Positions 1 through 8,664 of a DNA stretch of 64,000 nucleotides are shown here, one piece after another. The position numbers and the translations under genes were made by a program. Position 1 is the stretch's first letter. Every line of letters begins with the position of its first letter. Source of the DNA: an uncultured virus (IMG/VR IMGVR_UViG_3300044956_000873) (Duplodnaviria; Heunggongvirae; Uroviricota; Caudoviricetes). The DNA lies in the IMG/VR virus record IMGVR_UViG_3300044956_000873. One strand, 5' to 3'. Below the pieces are notes generated by a model that saw only the letters and a program-made list of their open reading frames with translations, did no database searches and was not told the DNA's origin.

Positions 1-115
1 GGATTTGAGTGGGAATGAAGATTGGGAGGTTTTATCTAAAGTGCTTGACGAGAACTTGAGTCGGGAAGCTCAGAAGGGATGTTCGATGTTAGGAAGGTTT
101 GGTTTTTTCGAATAA
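1..115 (+). CDS. 3' end of a gene entering from outside the window; ends ...REAQKGCSMLGRFGFFE* (KGxxMLGRFG C-terminal tag)
   Basis: Open frame from position 2 to TAA at 113-115; C-terminus matches those of 21538..22224, 22529..22921 and 43990..44490. Confidence 0.75.
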   Translation, partial: DLSGNEDWEVLSKVLDENLSREAQKGCSMLGRFGFFE

Positions 116-151
116 ATCATTTTTTTAATTAAATAGAATTTTCTACATTTG
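115..151 (+). promoter_or_regulatory. Early-type promoter: AATCATTTTTT upstream box + TACATTTG (Bacteroidota -7 box TAnnTTTG); representative of a family
   Basis: Same two-part motif at ~477, 883, 1393, 3029, 3591, 4883, 5603, 18486, 28458 and 63091 (+), and ~4593 and ~6575 (-), with constant spacing to TAnnTT(T/A)G/C. Confidence 0.7.
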
Positions 152-162
152 AACTAAACTGG

Positions 163-372
163 ATGGAACTTGATAAGTTCGAAATGAGTTTTGAACATAA
201 AGTTCGACTTTTCAAAAATCTTAAATTAGAAATCTCAAATTCCTACTGTGCGAGTCCTGGAACTTTGCTTAAGTTCGAAAAACTAACCAATAACGATAAC
301 ACAATCATTTACAGAGTTCGCCGCACAGGCCGAAGAACTTTCTTTACTACTTCTGAATTCCTAACCGCATAG
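163..372 (+). CDS. Small basic hypothetical protein, paralog 1 of 3 (N-terminally truncated)
   Basis: Near-identical to the C-terminal part of 1459..1770; DNA identity begins at AAACTGGATGGAACT. Confidence 0.75.
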   Translation: MELDKFEMSFEHKVRLFKNLKLEISNSYCASPGTLLKFEKLTNNDNTIIYRVRRTGRRTFFTTSEFLTA

Positions 373-391
373 GAATTCAGAATAAACCTGG

Positions 392-418
392 AAGGAGCCA
401 ATGGCTCCTTTTTTTGTG
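392..418 (+). terminator. Intrinsic terminator ending TTTTTTGTG (representative of the cassette terminators)
   Basis: GGAGCC-AAT-GGCTCC + T-run; analogous hairpins at 1258-1291, 1787-1813, 2864-2890, 3410-3443, 3974-4001, 6308-6332 (+) and 4205-4236, 4343-4374, 4722-4752, 6468-6495 (-). Confidence 0.85.
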
Positions 419-539
419 ACCAAAAACTATGGCTGTCCTATGTTGCTCCGGGGAACCCCAGGCAGTTTGATCAGGAATCATTTTTTTATTTGTATAAAAA
501 TCCATATATTAGCTAAGTTAATCAATCAAATAAAACACA

Positions 540-716
540 ATGGAAAAATTAGCAGAAAAAATTAACCTTGTAATAGTTTCCCTTCTTCTTTTACTGACAG
601 CGGGAATCTTCTTCCTCTCCGTAATAGGAGGACACGTACTAATGGGCATCATCTCTGGATGCCTAACCTGGATGGCAACACAAATCTTAAAAATCACAAT
701 CAATGAATCAGCGTAA
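540..716 (+). CDS. 58-aa membrane peptide MEKLAEKINLVIVSLLLLLTAGIFFLSVIGGHVLMGIISGCLTWMATQILKITINESA
   Basis: Below the ORF-track cutoff; directly downstream of the early promoter at ~477-513; two hydrophobic stretches. Confidence 0.65.
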   Translation: MEKLAEKINLVIVSLLLLLTAGIFFLSVIGGHVLMGIISGCLTWMATQILKITINESA

Positions 717-923
717 GCCAAAAAAAACACTAGGAGACCTATACATTGAGGTTGTCCTGGTAACATTAATACCCTTAGGAATAGTAGCACTACTCAACTG
801 GTTGCTCTCCTAATATAACGGGGTCCCCACCCGGGGCCGCGTGCCTACGTGCGTACGTAAGGGATAAAACAACAAAAACAGGAATCATTTTTTTAACCAG
901 AGCATTTTAAATACATTTACCTC

Positions 924-1211
924 ATGAACACTTATAAATTTAGAGCAGAATGCCTTATTGATGTGATACAATTCATGGGACATGCTCCAGAAGTAATACA
1001 ACACATAGAGGTAGATAAAGATGAAAGATTTCCCGATTGCTATGTCACTCTTAAAAGCACATTTGAGCTCTCAGAAATACTAAATAAAATACTTGAAATG
1101 CAAGGAGACGTTCACGTTATGTTTGAAAGTCTACAACCAGAAGGAGAATACACAGGAGAAAGAATAAGAAGTTTCTTCCATTCACAAAAAGACCACTTCA
1201 TAAAGAAGTAA
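924..1211 (+). CDS. Hypothetical protein (95 aa)
   Basis: ORF between the early promoter (~883) and terminator (1258). Confidence 0.75.
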   Translation: MNTYKFRAECLIDVIQFMGHAPEVIQHIEVDKDERFPDCYVTLKSTFELSEILNKILEMQGDVHVMFESLQPEGEYTGERIRSFFHSQKDHFIKK

Positions 1212-1458
1212 AAGAAACTATTCTGTGATTAGTTTAGTTTGATTAACACCCAAGATAGGGATTCGGCTTCGGCTCGGATCCCTTTTTTGCGAGCCGAGAT
1301 TTTTGGTCAGTCTGGATTAATCTCTGGGGAACCCCAGGAATCCTGATTCAAACCCTCCTATAATTTTTTGGAAATTTTCACATTTTTCCAAGAATCATTT
1401 TTTATATTAGAATATTCTACATATATTTGTATAGTTAATCAATTAAACAATATCAATT

Positions 1459-1770
1459 ATGAAAAAGGAAATGACGGCAGAACAAAAAGCAAAAAAAGCG
1501 GCAGCTAACAAGGCGTACAGAGAGCGCAAAAAAATGCAATCTCAAAACTGGATGGAACTCGACAAGTTCGAAATGAGTTTCGCTCATAAAGTTCGACTTT
1601 TCAAAAATCTTAAATTAGAAATCTCAAATTCCTATTGCGCAAGTCCTGGAACTTTGCTTAAGTTCGAAAAACTAACCAATAACGATAACACAATCGTTTA
1701 TCGGGTTCGCCGCACAGGTCGAAGAACTTTCTTCACCACCTCCACCCACCTCCACGCTCCCGCTGAATAA
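1459..1770 (+). CDS. Small basic hypothetical protein, paralog 2 of 3
   Basis: Own promoter (~1393) and terminator (1787); shared core WMxLDKFEMSFAHKVRLF...YCASPGT...RVRRxGRRTFFTT. Confidence 0.8.
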   Translation: MKKEMTAEQKAKKAAANKAYRERKKMQSQNWMELDKFEMSFAHKVRLFKNLKLEISNSYCASPGTLLKFEKLTNNDNTIVYRVRRTGRRTFFTTSTHLHAPAE

Positions 1771-2048
1771 TTGGGACCCACCATAGAAAGGAGCTTCGGC
1801 TCCTTTTTTTGTGCACTAAGGTTTTCTTACCAGGCTAAGATAAACTCCTGGGGATCCTCCGGAAATTTTCACATTTGCCTTAACTATAAGATTTATGGAA
1901 GAGATAGATAGATAAAATAAAGAGATGAGGTTGTATAGGAAAATTTTTTGGCTATTCAAAAAAAAACAAATTGGGATATATAAATAAAAAAATAAAATGA
2001 ATAATATTGCACTTTTCGAATACTAACGAGCAAAAAAATTAAAAAACG

Positions 2049-2702
2049 ATGGAGACAAAATTAGACACTAGTAAGATTATTCAAGTTCCTTTAGATAAAT
2101 CGCAATACTTCCAAGAAGAAGCGACAAAAAAACAAATTTACTTACACCATACCGCAGGCGGAGGAAACGCGAGGGCGGTTAGTCATTTTTGGAATAGTAA
2201 CGAAACACGGATAGCAACGGCATTCGTTATCGCGAATAACGGCGAAATAGTACAATGTTTTAGTTCTAAATATTGGGCTTGGCATTTAGGAATAGACGTT
2301 GAAGATTTTTCCCGCAACGGAGCGGCTTACCAAAATCTTAACAAAAGTTCGATAGGGATTGAAATTTGCAATTACGGAATGTTAAGATTTCGCAATGGTA
2401 AATACTATAATTACACGGGTGGAATAGTTGACGCAAAAAACGTTACTACCTTAACGCAACCATACAAGGGTTATATACATTGGGAAAAATACACCGATGC
2501 ACAAATTGAAAGTACGCGACAATTACTCGTTTACCTTTGCGACACGTATAAAATTCCCAAGGAATACCGAAGCGAGATTTTCCAAATAGACAAAGAAGCA
2601 TTTAAAGGAACTGCGGGAATTTTTACCCACAATTCAGTTCGTAAGGACAAATCGGATATTTACCCGTGTCCTAGAATGATCCAAATGCTCAAAAATTTAT
2701 AA
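2049..2702 (+). CDS. N-acetylmuramoyl-L-alanine amidase (Amidase_2 family)
   Basis: IYLHHTAG, AWHLG, SIGIEIC, THNSV..KSD motifs. Confidence 0.85.
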   Translation: METKLDTSKIIQVPLDKSQYFQEEATKKQIYLHHTAGGGNARAVSHFWNSNETRIATAFVIANNGEIVQCFSSKYWAWHLGIDVEDFSRNGAAYQNLNKSSIGIEICNYGMLRFRNGKYYNYTGGIVDAKNVTTLTQPYKGYIHWEKYTDAQIESTRQLLVYLCDTYKIPKEYRSEIFQIDKEAFKGTAGIFTHNSVRKDKSDIYPCPRMIQMLKNL

Positions 2703-2712
2703 TATACCCGAT

Positions 2713-2830
2713 ATGCTTAATAGATTAACTAACCGCGCACTTATCAGGTTTCTCATTTTAAGCGTTTTAACGCTGTTTTCTTGTTCAAGTGAACGTAAAG
2801 CACAATACCTGACTTTACAATTTGAAATAT
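2713..2830 (+). pseudogene. Truncated lipoprotein-like gene following the amidase
   Basis: MLNRLTNRALIRFLILSVLTLFSCSSERKAQY: signal peptide with lipobox-like FSC, then cut off by a cassette terminator. Confidence 0.4.
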
Positions 2831-3093
2831 CAGGAACGTAATTTGAATTCATATAATAATAAGAAAGACTCTTAGGAGTCTTTTTTTGTGACCAAAGCAT
2901 TAGCACATGCTAATACTATGCTAATACTACCGGAGGATCCTCAGGGAAACAAATAATACATCCATTATATTTGATGGGCCCCCCGGGGACGCGTGCGTAC
3001 GTATGCACGCGTAAGCACTTTTTTCAGAAATCATTTTTTTATTTGTAGAAAATTCTATACATTAGCTATGTTAATCAATCAAATAAATACAAA

Positions 3094-3228
3094 ATGGAAA
3101 AGATATTAAATGTTTTAGGAATGGTTTGGGTAGGTGTTTTATTGTCAATGACAATCATCTCATTAGGGTATGCAATATTTCAAGTTGTAACAGGCAATGT
3201 ACATTCCACAGCAAGTTTTGAATTTTAA
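3094..3228 (+). CDS. 44-aa membrane peptide MEKILNVLGMVWVGVLLSMTIISLGYAIFQVVTGNVHSTASFEF
   Basis: Downstream of the early promoter at ~3029; inverted paralog at 4394..4528 with conservative substitutions. Confidence 0.8.
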   Translation: MEKILNVLGMVWVGVLLSMTIISLGYAIFQVVTGNVHSTASFEF

Positions 3229-3393
3229 ATGAAAACAACAATCACAAAAGAAGCCCTAAGAAAAGCCAGAATGGGCTCAGTAAGAGAAGACCAGAAAGCA
3301 CAAGGGTTCTTTGATGGTAGATTTGTAACAAGATGTGAGGAAGACAAAAAGAAATACACAAGAAAAGAGAAACACAAATCTAAATCCTTCTAA
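3229..3393 (+). CDS. 54-aa basic peptide MKTTITKEALRKARMGSVREDQKAQGFFDGRFVTR...
   Basis: Starts immediately after the upstream stop codon; followed by the terminator at 3410. Confidence 0.65.
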   Translation: MKTTITKEALRKARMGSVREDQKAQGFFDGRFVTRCEEDKKKYTRKEKHKSKSF

Positions 3394-3657
3394 ACAAAAA
3401 CAAAATCTTTTAAACCCTAGGTTCGACCTAGGGTTTTTTTGTGGGCTAAAAATCCCAAGCTATGGAAAATCCTCCGAGGCACCCCAGGAATTTTTCCATA
3501 GATTTATTTTTTATATTTCTCCATTTCTCCCATGCGGCACCCCAGCGAAACCCTATAAATTATTTTTATAAATTTCCATTTTTTTCCAAGAATCATTTTT
3601 TAGTTTGTAGAAGAATCCATATATTAGCTATGTTAATCAATTAAACAAAAACAAATT

Positions 3658-3954
3658 ATGAAAAACACAGAAAAAAAACCAGAAGCTAAAAAAACAGCTA
3701 AAGTTTCTAACAATCCTGATTGGATGACTTTGGATAAGTTCGAAATGAGTTTCGCTCACAAAGTTAGATTATTTAGAAATCTAAAATTGGAAATCACAAA
3801 TTCCTATTGCGCAAGCCCAGGAACTTCCCTAAAGTTTGAAAAAATCAAAAATGAAGACAATAAGATTATCTTCCGAGTTCGCCGCAATGGCCGACGCACC
3901 TTCTTCACCACCAACGCGGAACTCCAGGCGCCAGTTGAAATCTCCGCTGAATAA
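3658..3954 (+). CDS. Small basic hypothetical protein, paralog 3 of 3
   Basis: Own promoter (~3591) and terminator (3974); diverged copy of 1459..1770. Confidence 0.8.
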   Translation: MKNTEKKPEAKKTAKVSNNPDWMTLDKFEMSFAHKVRLFRNLKLEITNSYCASPGTSLKFEKIKNEDNKIIFRVRRNGRRTFFTTNAELQAPVEISAE

Positions 3955-4202
3955 TCAGGGATTCACAAAACTCAAAAGACCCTTAGGGGTCTTTTTTTGT
4001 GACCAATTTTTAGGACAGATTCTAATCCTACGCACGTGTCCCCGGGGGGCCCATCAAATATTATAATGGATGTATTATTTGTTTCCCTGAGGAGCCTCCT
4101 GTAGATACCATAGAGGGAAATTGTATTACCATGAGTAAACATGGAGTTACCATAAATTCCCGGTGGCGCCGCAGGAGTTTTACCATAGTTCTAGATTTCT
4201 TT

Positions 4203-4730
4203 ACACACAAAAAATCCCAAGATTACTCTTGGGATTTCACTTGAATGTTTTATTTTCTAAAACTCAAAACTTGCTTGAATCCTTCTACTTTTTTTCCTGG
4301 GGATCCTCCGGTATTATTAGCATAGTATTAGATTTCTTTGCACACAAAAAATCCCAAGATTACTCTTGGGATTTCACTTGAATGTTTTATTTTCTAAAAC
4401 TCAAAACTTGCTGTGCCATGATAGTTACCTGTACAGAGTTGATAAACTGTGAAAGCCAAAGCAACTATAACTGTTGCTGTTAAAACACCTACCCAAACCA
4501 TTCCTAAAACATTTAATATCTTTTCCATTTCGTATTTATTTAATTGATTAACTATATAAATATATGGATTTTTCTACAAATAAAAAAATGATTCTTTGAA
4601 TCCTTCTACTTTTTTTCCTGGGGATTCTCCGGTATTATTAGCAAAATGATTCTTTGAATCCTTCTACTTTTTTTCCTGGGGATCCTTCGGTATTATTAGC
4701 ATAGTATTAGATTTCTTTGCACACAAAAAA
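4203..4730. repeat. Nested direct repeats (4203-4274 ~ 4341-4412; 4276-4345 ~ 4597-4642 ~ 4655-4730)
   Basis: Near-identical blocks ACACAAAAAATCCCAAGATTACTCTTGGGATTTCAC... and GAATCCTTCTACTTTTTTTCCTGGGGATCC..GGTATTATTAGC. Confidence 0.9.
4394..4528 (-). CDS. 44-aa membrane peptide, inverted paralog of 3094..3228
   Basis: MEKILNVLGMVWVGVLTATVIVALAFTVYQLCTGNYHGTASFEF; own minus-strand promoter at ~4593 and terminator at 4343. Confidence 0.8.
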   Translation of the reverse strand: MEKILNVLGMVWVGVLTATVIVALAFTVYQLCTGNYHGTASFEF

Positions 4731-5024
4731 CCCTAGATAATCTAGGGTTTTAGGTTTATTCCAAAGAATAAATTTTTATGAACTACAAATATAAGGATTT
4801 ATTTTAAATATAAAAAATGTATATATGAAAAAGTTCCTAGGGTGCCTCAGGACATATGCATGCGTAAGCACTTTTTTCAGAAATCATTTTCATCTTCGTA
4901 GAAAAATCCATATATTTACTTAGTTATTTGATTCCCCATTTCATTGAATTAGCAAGAAGTGTTTACAAAAAATTGAGTTATTAAAATAATATATACCTTA
5001 TGAGAATTAAAAAAGTAAATAATT

Positions 5025-5438
5025 ATGAATCATTTAAAATCATATAAACTATTTGAGTCAGTTGACAAAACATTTATTAAGGACTTTTTAACAGATTTTG
5101 GAACTCTTATATCTCTTAACTTTAGTCAAATTACTAAAATGGGTAAAGATGAAAATGCGACAATAGAACTTACTATTATGATGCAACAACTTAGAAAACC
5201 AATAATAAACGGTCAAAATTATTTTGATTTTTTAAAAAATAATATAAACACTATTCCAAATAATCCAAAATTACTTTCAGTTTTATTAGGTGTAGTAAGA
5301 GATTTTATAATTTATATTGAACCAAGAGTTAAACAATTTGTAACTGATGAGCCAGCATTAAATGGTGTCAATTATAAAGAAGCTTGGTTAAAAAGGATTG
5401 ATAAAATTAAAAATGATTATAAATTAATAGTTAGTTAG
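5025..5438 (+). CDS. Hypothetical protein with capsid-targeting-like leader MNHLKSYKLFES
   Basis: ORF track; leader motif. Confidence 0.8.
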   Translation: MNHLKSYKLFESVDKTFIKDFLTDFGTLISLNFSQITKMGKDENATIELTIMMQQLRKPIINGQNYFDFLKNNINTIPNNPKLLSVLLGVVRDFIIYIEPRVKQFVTDEPALNGVNYKEAWLKRIDKIKNDYKLIVS

Positions 5439-5439
5439 T

Positions 5440-5593
5440 ATGTTACCATTTTAAGAAACTAAATTAGAAGAAAATACTTTCATTAGGAAATTTAGACAGG
5501 ACACTGATTCCGGAGATTATATGTGGCATCGTGATAGAGAAGATAGAATAATTGAATCTATTGTAGAAACTGATTGGATGATACAAATAGAAT
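5440..5593 (+). pseudogene. Truncated cupin-like gene (paralog of 37032..37298)
   Basis: MLPF*ETK...MWHRDREDRIIE...TDW; in-frame TAA at 5452; cut off by the promoter module at ~5594. Confidence 0.65.
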
Positions 5594-5657
5594 TTTCTCA
5601 GAAATCATTTTTTTATTTGGAGTATAATGAATATATTTACTCTATAACACACAACAC

Positions 5658-6287
5658 ATGATAGCAACAATAATTGTCATAATAAACATAATACTTCTAG
5701 AAGTCATCCTAAGCATAGACAATGCAGCAGTGATGGCAACAATGGTTAAAAAACTTCCACAATCACAACAAAAGAAAGCACTCACCTATGGTATCCTAGG
5801 AGCATTCATCTTCAGAGGTCTCGCACTCCTCTTTGCATCACTACTACTCTCCATAGCATGGCTGAAAATAATCGGGGGCGCATATCTGTTCTATATAGGT
5901 GTCAAAAGCCTAGCTCCTAAAACACCAGAAGGAGAAATTAAATCATCTACCTCATTCTGGACCACAGTACTATCAATAGAAATAATGGACCTTGTCTTCA
6001 GCATAGATAATGTCCTAGCTGCAGTAAGCTTCACCAAAAATCTCTACCTCATTCTCGCTGGAGTATTCATAGGCATACTAGGCATCAGATTTGCCACCAC
6101 TAAATTCATCAACATCATCAACCAAAACCCACAGATAGAAAAAATAGCATACATAGTTATATCAGCACTAGGCCTAAAACTCATCCTCTCCTACTTCTTA
6201 CCCATCATAAACACTGAATCGGTAGACCTAGCCTTCTCTATCCTCACTCTAGCAGCATTTACCATTCCACTAATCAAAAAGAGATAA
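5658..6287 (+). CDS. terC: TerC-family integral membrane protein
   Basis: LEVILSIDNAAV, FIFRG and IMDLVFSIDNVLAAV signatures; multiple TM helices. Confidence 0.85.
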   Translation: MIATIIVIINIILLEVILSIDNAAVMATMVKKLPQSQQKKALTYGILGAFIFRGLALLFASLLLSIAWLKIIGGAYLFYIGVKSLAPKTPEGEIKSSTSFWTTVLSIEIMDLVFSIDNVLAAVSFTKNLYLILAGVFIGILGIRFATTKFINIINQNPQIEKIAYIVISALGLKLILSYFLPIINTESVDLAFSILTLAAFTIPLIKKR

Positions 6288-6579
6288 AATAACACCTCTA
6301 TTAAACAAGGGCCTTTTAGGCCTTTTTTTGTGACCTCATGTAATCAAAGTTTAATGTGAACATCCTATGGGGAGTCTAGATAGTCTAAGAAAAAGATAAG
6401 AAAGAAGAAGAATCTCTATCCTCTGGGGCACCCCGTAGTTACCCTCCTTTCTCCTAAAAAAATTCCATAAAAAAAGGCCCTGTTAAAAGGGCCTTCTCTT
6501 TTAGATATGTAACCAACTAAAAGATGGGGATTTATAATGCTAATATAGAGAAACTTCTACAATTAAAAAAATGATTCCC

Positions 6580-6890
6580 TTGAAAATTGGGGCCTATCGT
6601 AAGAGTTTTTCTAGAGGCGTAAATGGCTAAAATTGGGGGCCAAAATGAGGGATTTTAAGGGGGTAAATTTGGGGGCCTAAAATGGCTAAAATATGGCCTT
6701 TTTGGTCCCCTTATAAAAGTGTGCTATGGCCCCGGGGGATATATGTAATTTGGCCCCCGGCTTAGGGCTAGCAAAATTTTATGAGCCTCCCGAAATGGGT
6801 TTTCCTAGGGTTTATCCCCGGGCTATCTAGGAGGGATCTTGGATAGGTCTAAGGGAGTTACCCCTATACATTACAAAGGGTACATGTTTA
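6580..6890. other. GC-rich non-coding block with short repeats (AAATGGCTAAAAT x2; AATTGGGG(G)CC x3; CCCCGG)
   Basis: No ORF; composition differs sharply from the flanking AT-rich genes. Confidence 0.6.
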
Positions 6891-6983
6891 TTAGGGTGGG
6901 GCTGGGCCCTAAACATGAGGTGTGTTCTAGAACCAGAATTTTTTTTCTAGGGAAATCTGGGGTTCCTAGGGCTTCGCCTCGAA

Positions 6984-7418
6984 TTACAATTGTTTGATTG
7001 TGTAGATAGTTAAGTCTCCTTCTTGTCTTTTACCACTCACTTGTATCTTTGTTCCTATATTCATTATATGTTCAAGCTCTTCGTCTGCTGTTTCTATTAG
7101 CATTTCGTAGTTGGGATCTTCTGTGTCCCCTCCGTTCATTTCTAGTTCTTGATCTGCCATTTCCCTGATCCATTGGTGATAGTTTAGAAGGCCTTTGCTT
7201 TGTTCTAGTTCTATTAGTATATTTGTTCGTGTTAAGAATAATATACCAGTTTCTTTTGATTCACTGAATGATAGGTATCTTGTTGTAACCCCTATATCTC
7301 CTGATAGGTATAGTTCCTCGTAGAGATCTTTCTCTCTTCTGTATACTCCGCTCCATAGTGGTGAGTTGTAATAACTATCTTTTACTTTGTTGCTTCTTAT
7401 GTGTTCTTGTAGGTTCAT
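6984..7418 (-). CDS. Possible ADP-ribosyltransferase-like protein (R-S-E type)
   Basis: VYR ... YLSFS ... EELE motif order; weak. Confidence 0.4.
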   Translation of the reverse strand: MNLQEHIRSNKVKDSYYNSPLWSGVYRREKDLYEELYLSGDIGVTTRYLSFSESKETGILFLTRTNILIELEQSKGLLNYHQWIREMADQELEMNGGDTEDPNYEMLIETADEELEHIMNIGTKIQVSGKRQEGDLTIYTIKQL

Positions 7419-8383
7419 AATTTGTTTTCTAATATGTCATATATCTTATAAGCTTCATTTTCAGCCCAAGTTATAATGTCCTCTTCTTTATGTGTCACAT
7501 CATGTTGATGTAGTTCTAATGAAAGATGCATTGTCTCATGCATAATTAGTCCCATTCTTTCTTTTCCTTTACCTAATCTACTTGTATTTAAGAAAAGAAA
7601 ATGTTTTTTTGTTTTTGGTGATAAATTTGTCAGACCACCAATGTATGCGTTATCTTTTGTATTTTTGAAGGATAAACATTTTTGATAGTTCAATCCGTGG
7701 AGTTCTTTAACTTTGAAGTGTGTGAATATATCACAAGGATTTTTAGAAAGTATAAGCGTGTATTTTTTATAGTTATAAACTTTGATACTTGGTTGTTTTT
7801 TAACCTTAGTTTCTTCCCTTAATATTCTTCTTATGTTTTCATGTAGGTATTTGTAACAAAATTTAACTTCTAATTCTATCTCACCCCAAAATTGATTGTT
7901 TTCATCCATGTAGTTTTGTAATAAATAGATTGCGGATATTCTATGTGCACCATCTTGAATAATATCATCTACCACAATTATTGGTGGTAGATTTCTTAGT
8001 GACTTAGGGTTCTTTTTCATATATCTTGCATACTCTACAACTTTTTTTGTCACACCCCAACTATAATCACCATTCATAACATCCTCTAAAACTTCCCTAT
8101 AATAAGGAATCCTTTGTATTCTACCGTCTAATATTTCATCAATCGTAAGATAATCAGTATCACAATCCATAAAATCCATCTCATCTTGCGATAAAGGTTT
8201 TCCTGATGATTCACCTGGTTGTGTAATATCTAGTATTGGATCTTTCCTTTGTGTTGGACCTAATACGTGTTCTTTGTCGTGCATAAGGAATCCTACTTTC
8301 TCATTTTGTTCTTCGTTGAACCTATCTGATAGTTTTATAGATTCATTTATAAATTCCCAAAATTTTGATATATGTTTTCTCAT
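7415..8383 (-). CDS. Fusion protein: ParB/Srx-like domain + HExxH zincin-like domain
   Basis: PPIIVVDDIIQDGAHR and IMHETMHL motifs; leader MRKHISKFWEFINE; internal second leader LHENIRRILREE. Confidence 0.55.
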   Translation of the reverse strand: MRKHISKFWEFINESIKLSDRFNEEQNEKVGFLMHDKEHVLGPTQRKDPILDITQPGESSGKPLSQDEMDFMDCDTDYLTIDEILDGRIQRIPYYREVLEDVMNGDYSWGVTKKVVEYARYMKKNPKSLRNLPPIIVVDDIIQDGAHRISAIYLLQNYMDENNQFWGEIELEVKFCYKYLHENIRRILREETKVKKQPSIKVYNYKKYTLILSKNPCDIFTHFKVKELHGLNYQKCLSFKNTKDNAYIGGLTNLSPKTKKHFLFLNTSRLGKGKERMGLIMHETMHLSLELHQHDVTHKEEDIITWAENEAYKIYDILENKL

Positions 8384-8664
8384 GTACTTATATATCTGGG
8401 ATCGATCATATTAAAAATTTTAGTGTGTACGCGCGCATAGGGTGGGGCTAGGCCCTAAAACATGTTGATGTTTGGTTTTGAAAATTTTACGTGCGGGGTG
8501 GATCAGGGGTTCCCGAAGGTTCGCCTCGTTATCATATCATAGCTTGCCCTCCGGGCTCCTAGATTTTTCTACAGATCTTAAAAATGGCCCTTGGGGGCCC
8601 TTGAATCTAAGAATTCGTTGATTATATCTTAGATATATTAGATATATATGATATATAACAAAAT

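Larger units (their letters stand above)
2941..4101. repeat. Inverted repeat pair, ~2930-3000 vs ~4029-4101
   Basis: CAGGGAAACAAATAATACATCCATTATA..TTGATGGGCCCCCCGGGGAC.CGTGCGTA recurs reverse-complemented at 4029-4092. Confidence 0.9.
447..6437. repeat. Dispersed 16-bp GC-rich dyad, consensus CCTGRGG-NN-CCYCMGG
   Basis: Copies at 447, 1323, 1847, 2930, 3473, 3531, 4086, 4160, 4296, 4617, 4675, 4836 and 6422; weaker copies at ~6956 and ~8503. Confidence 0.85.
6892..8528 (+). repeat. Diverged ~90-bp direct repeats (6892-6981 and 8438-8528) flanking two genes
   Basis: TAGGGTGGGGCTRGGCCCTAAA(A)CATG ... GGGGTTCC....G.TTCGCCTCG in both copies. Confidence 0.8.

Noticed and set aside
447..6437. CRISPR array interpretation of the repeated dyad
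   Set aside because: Repeats are 16 bp, degenerate, irregularly spaced with whole genes between them, and no cas genes are present.
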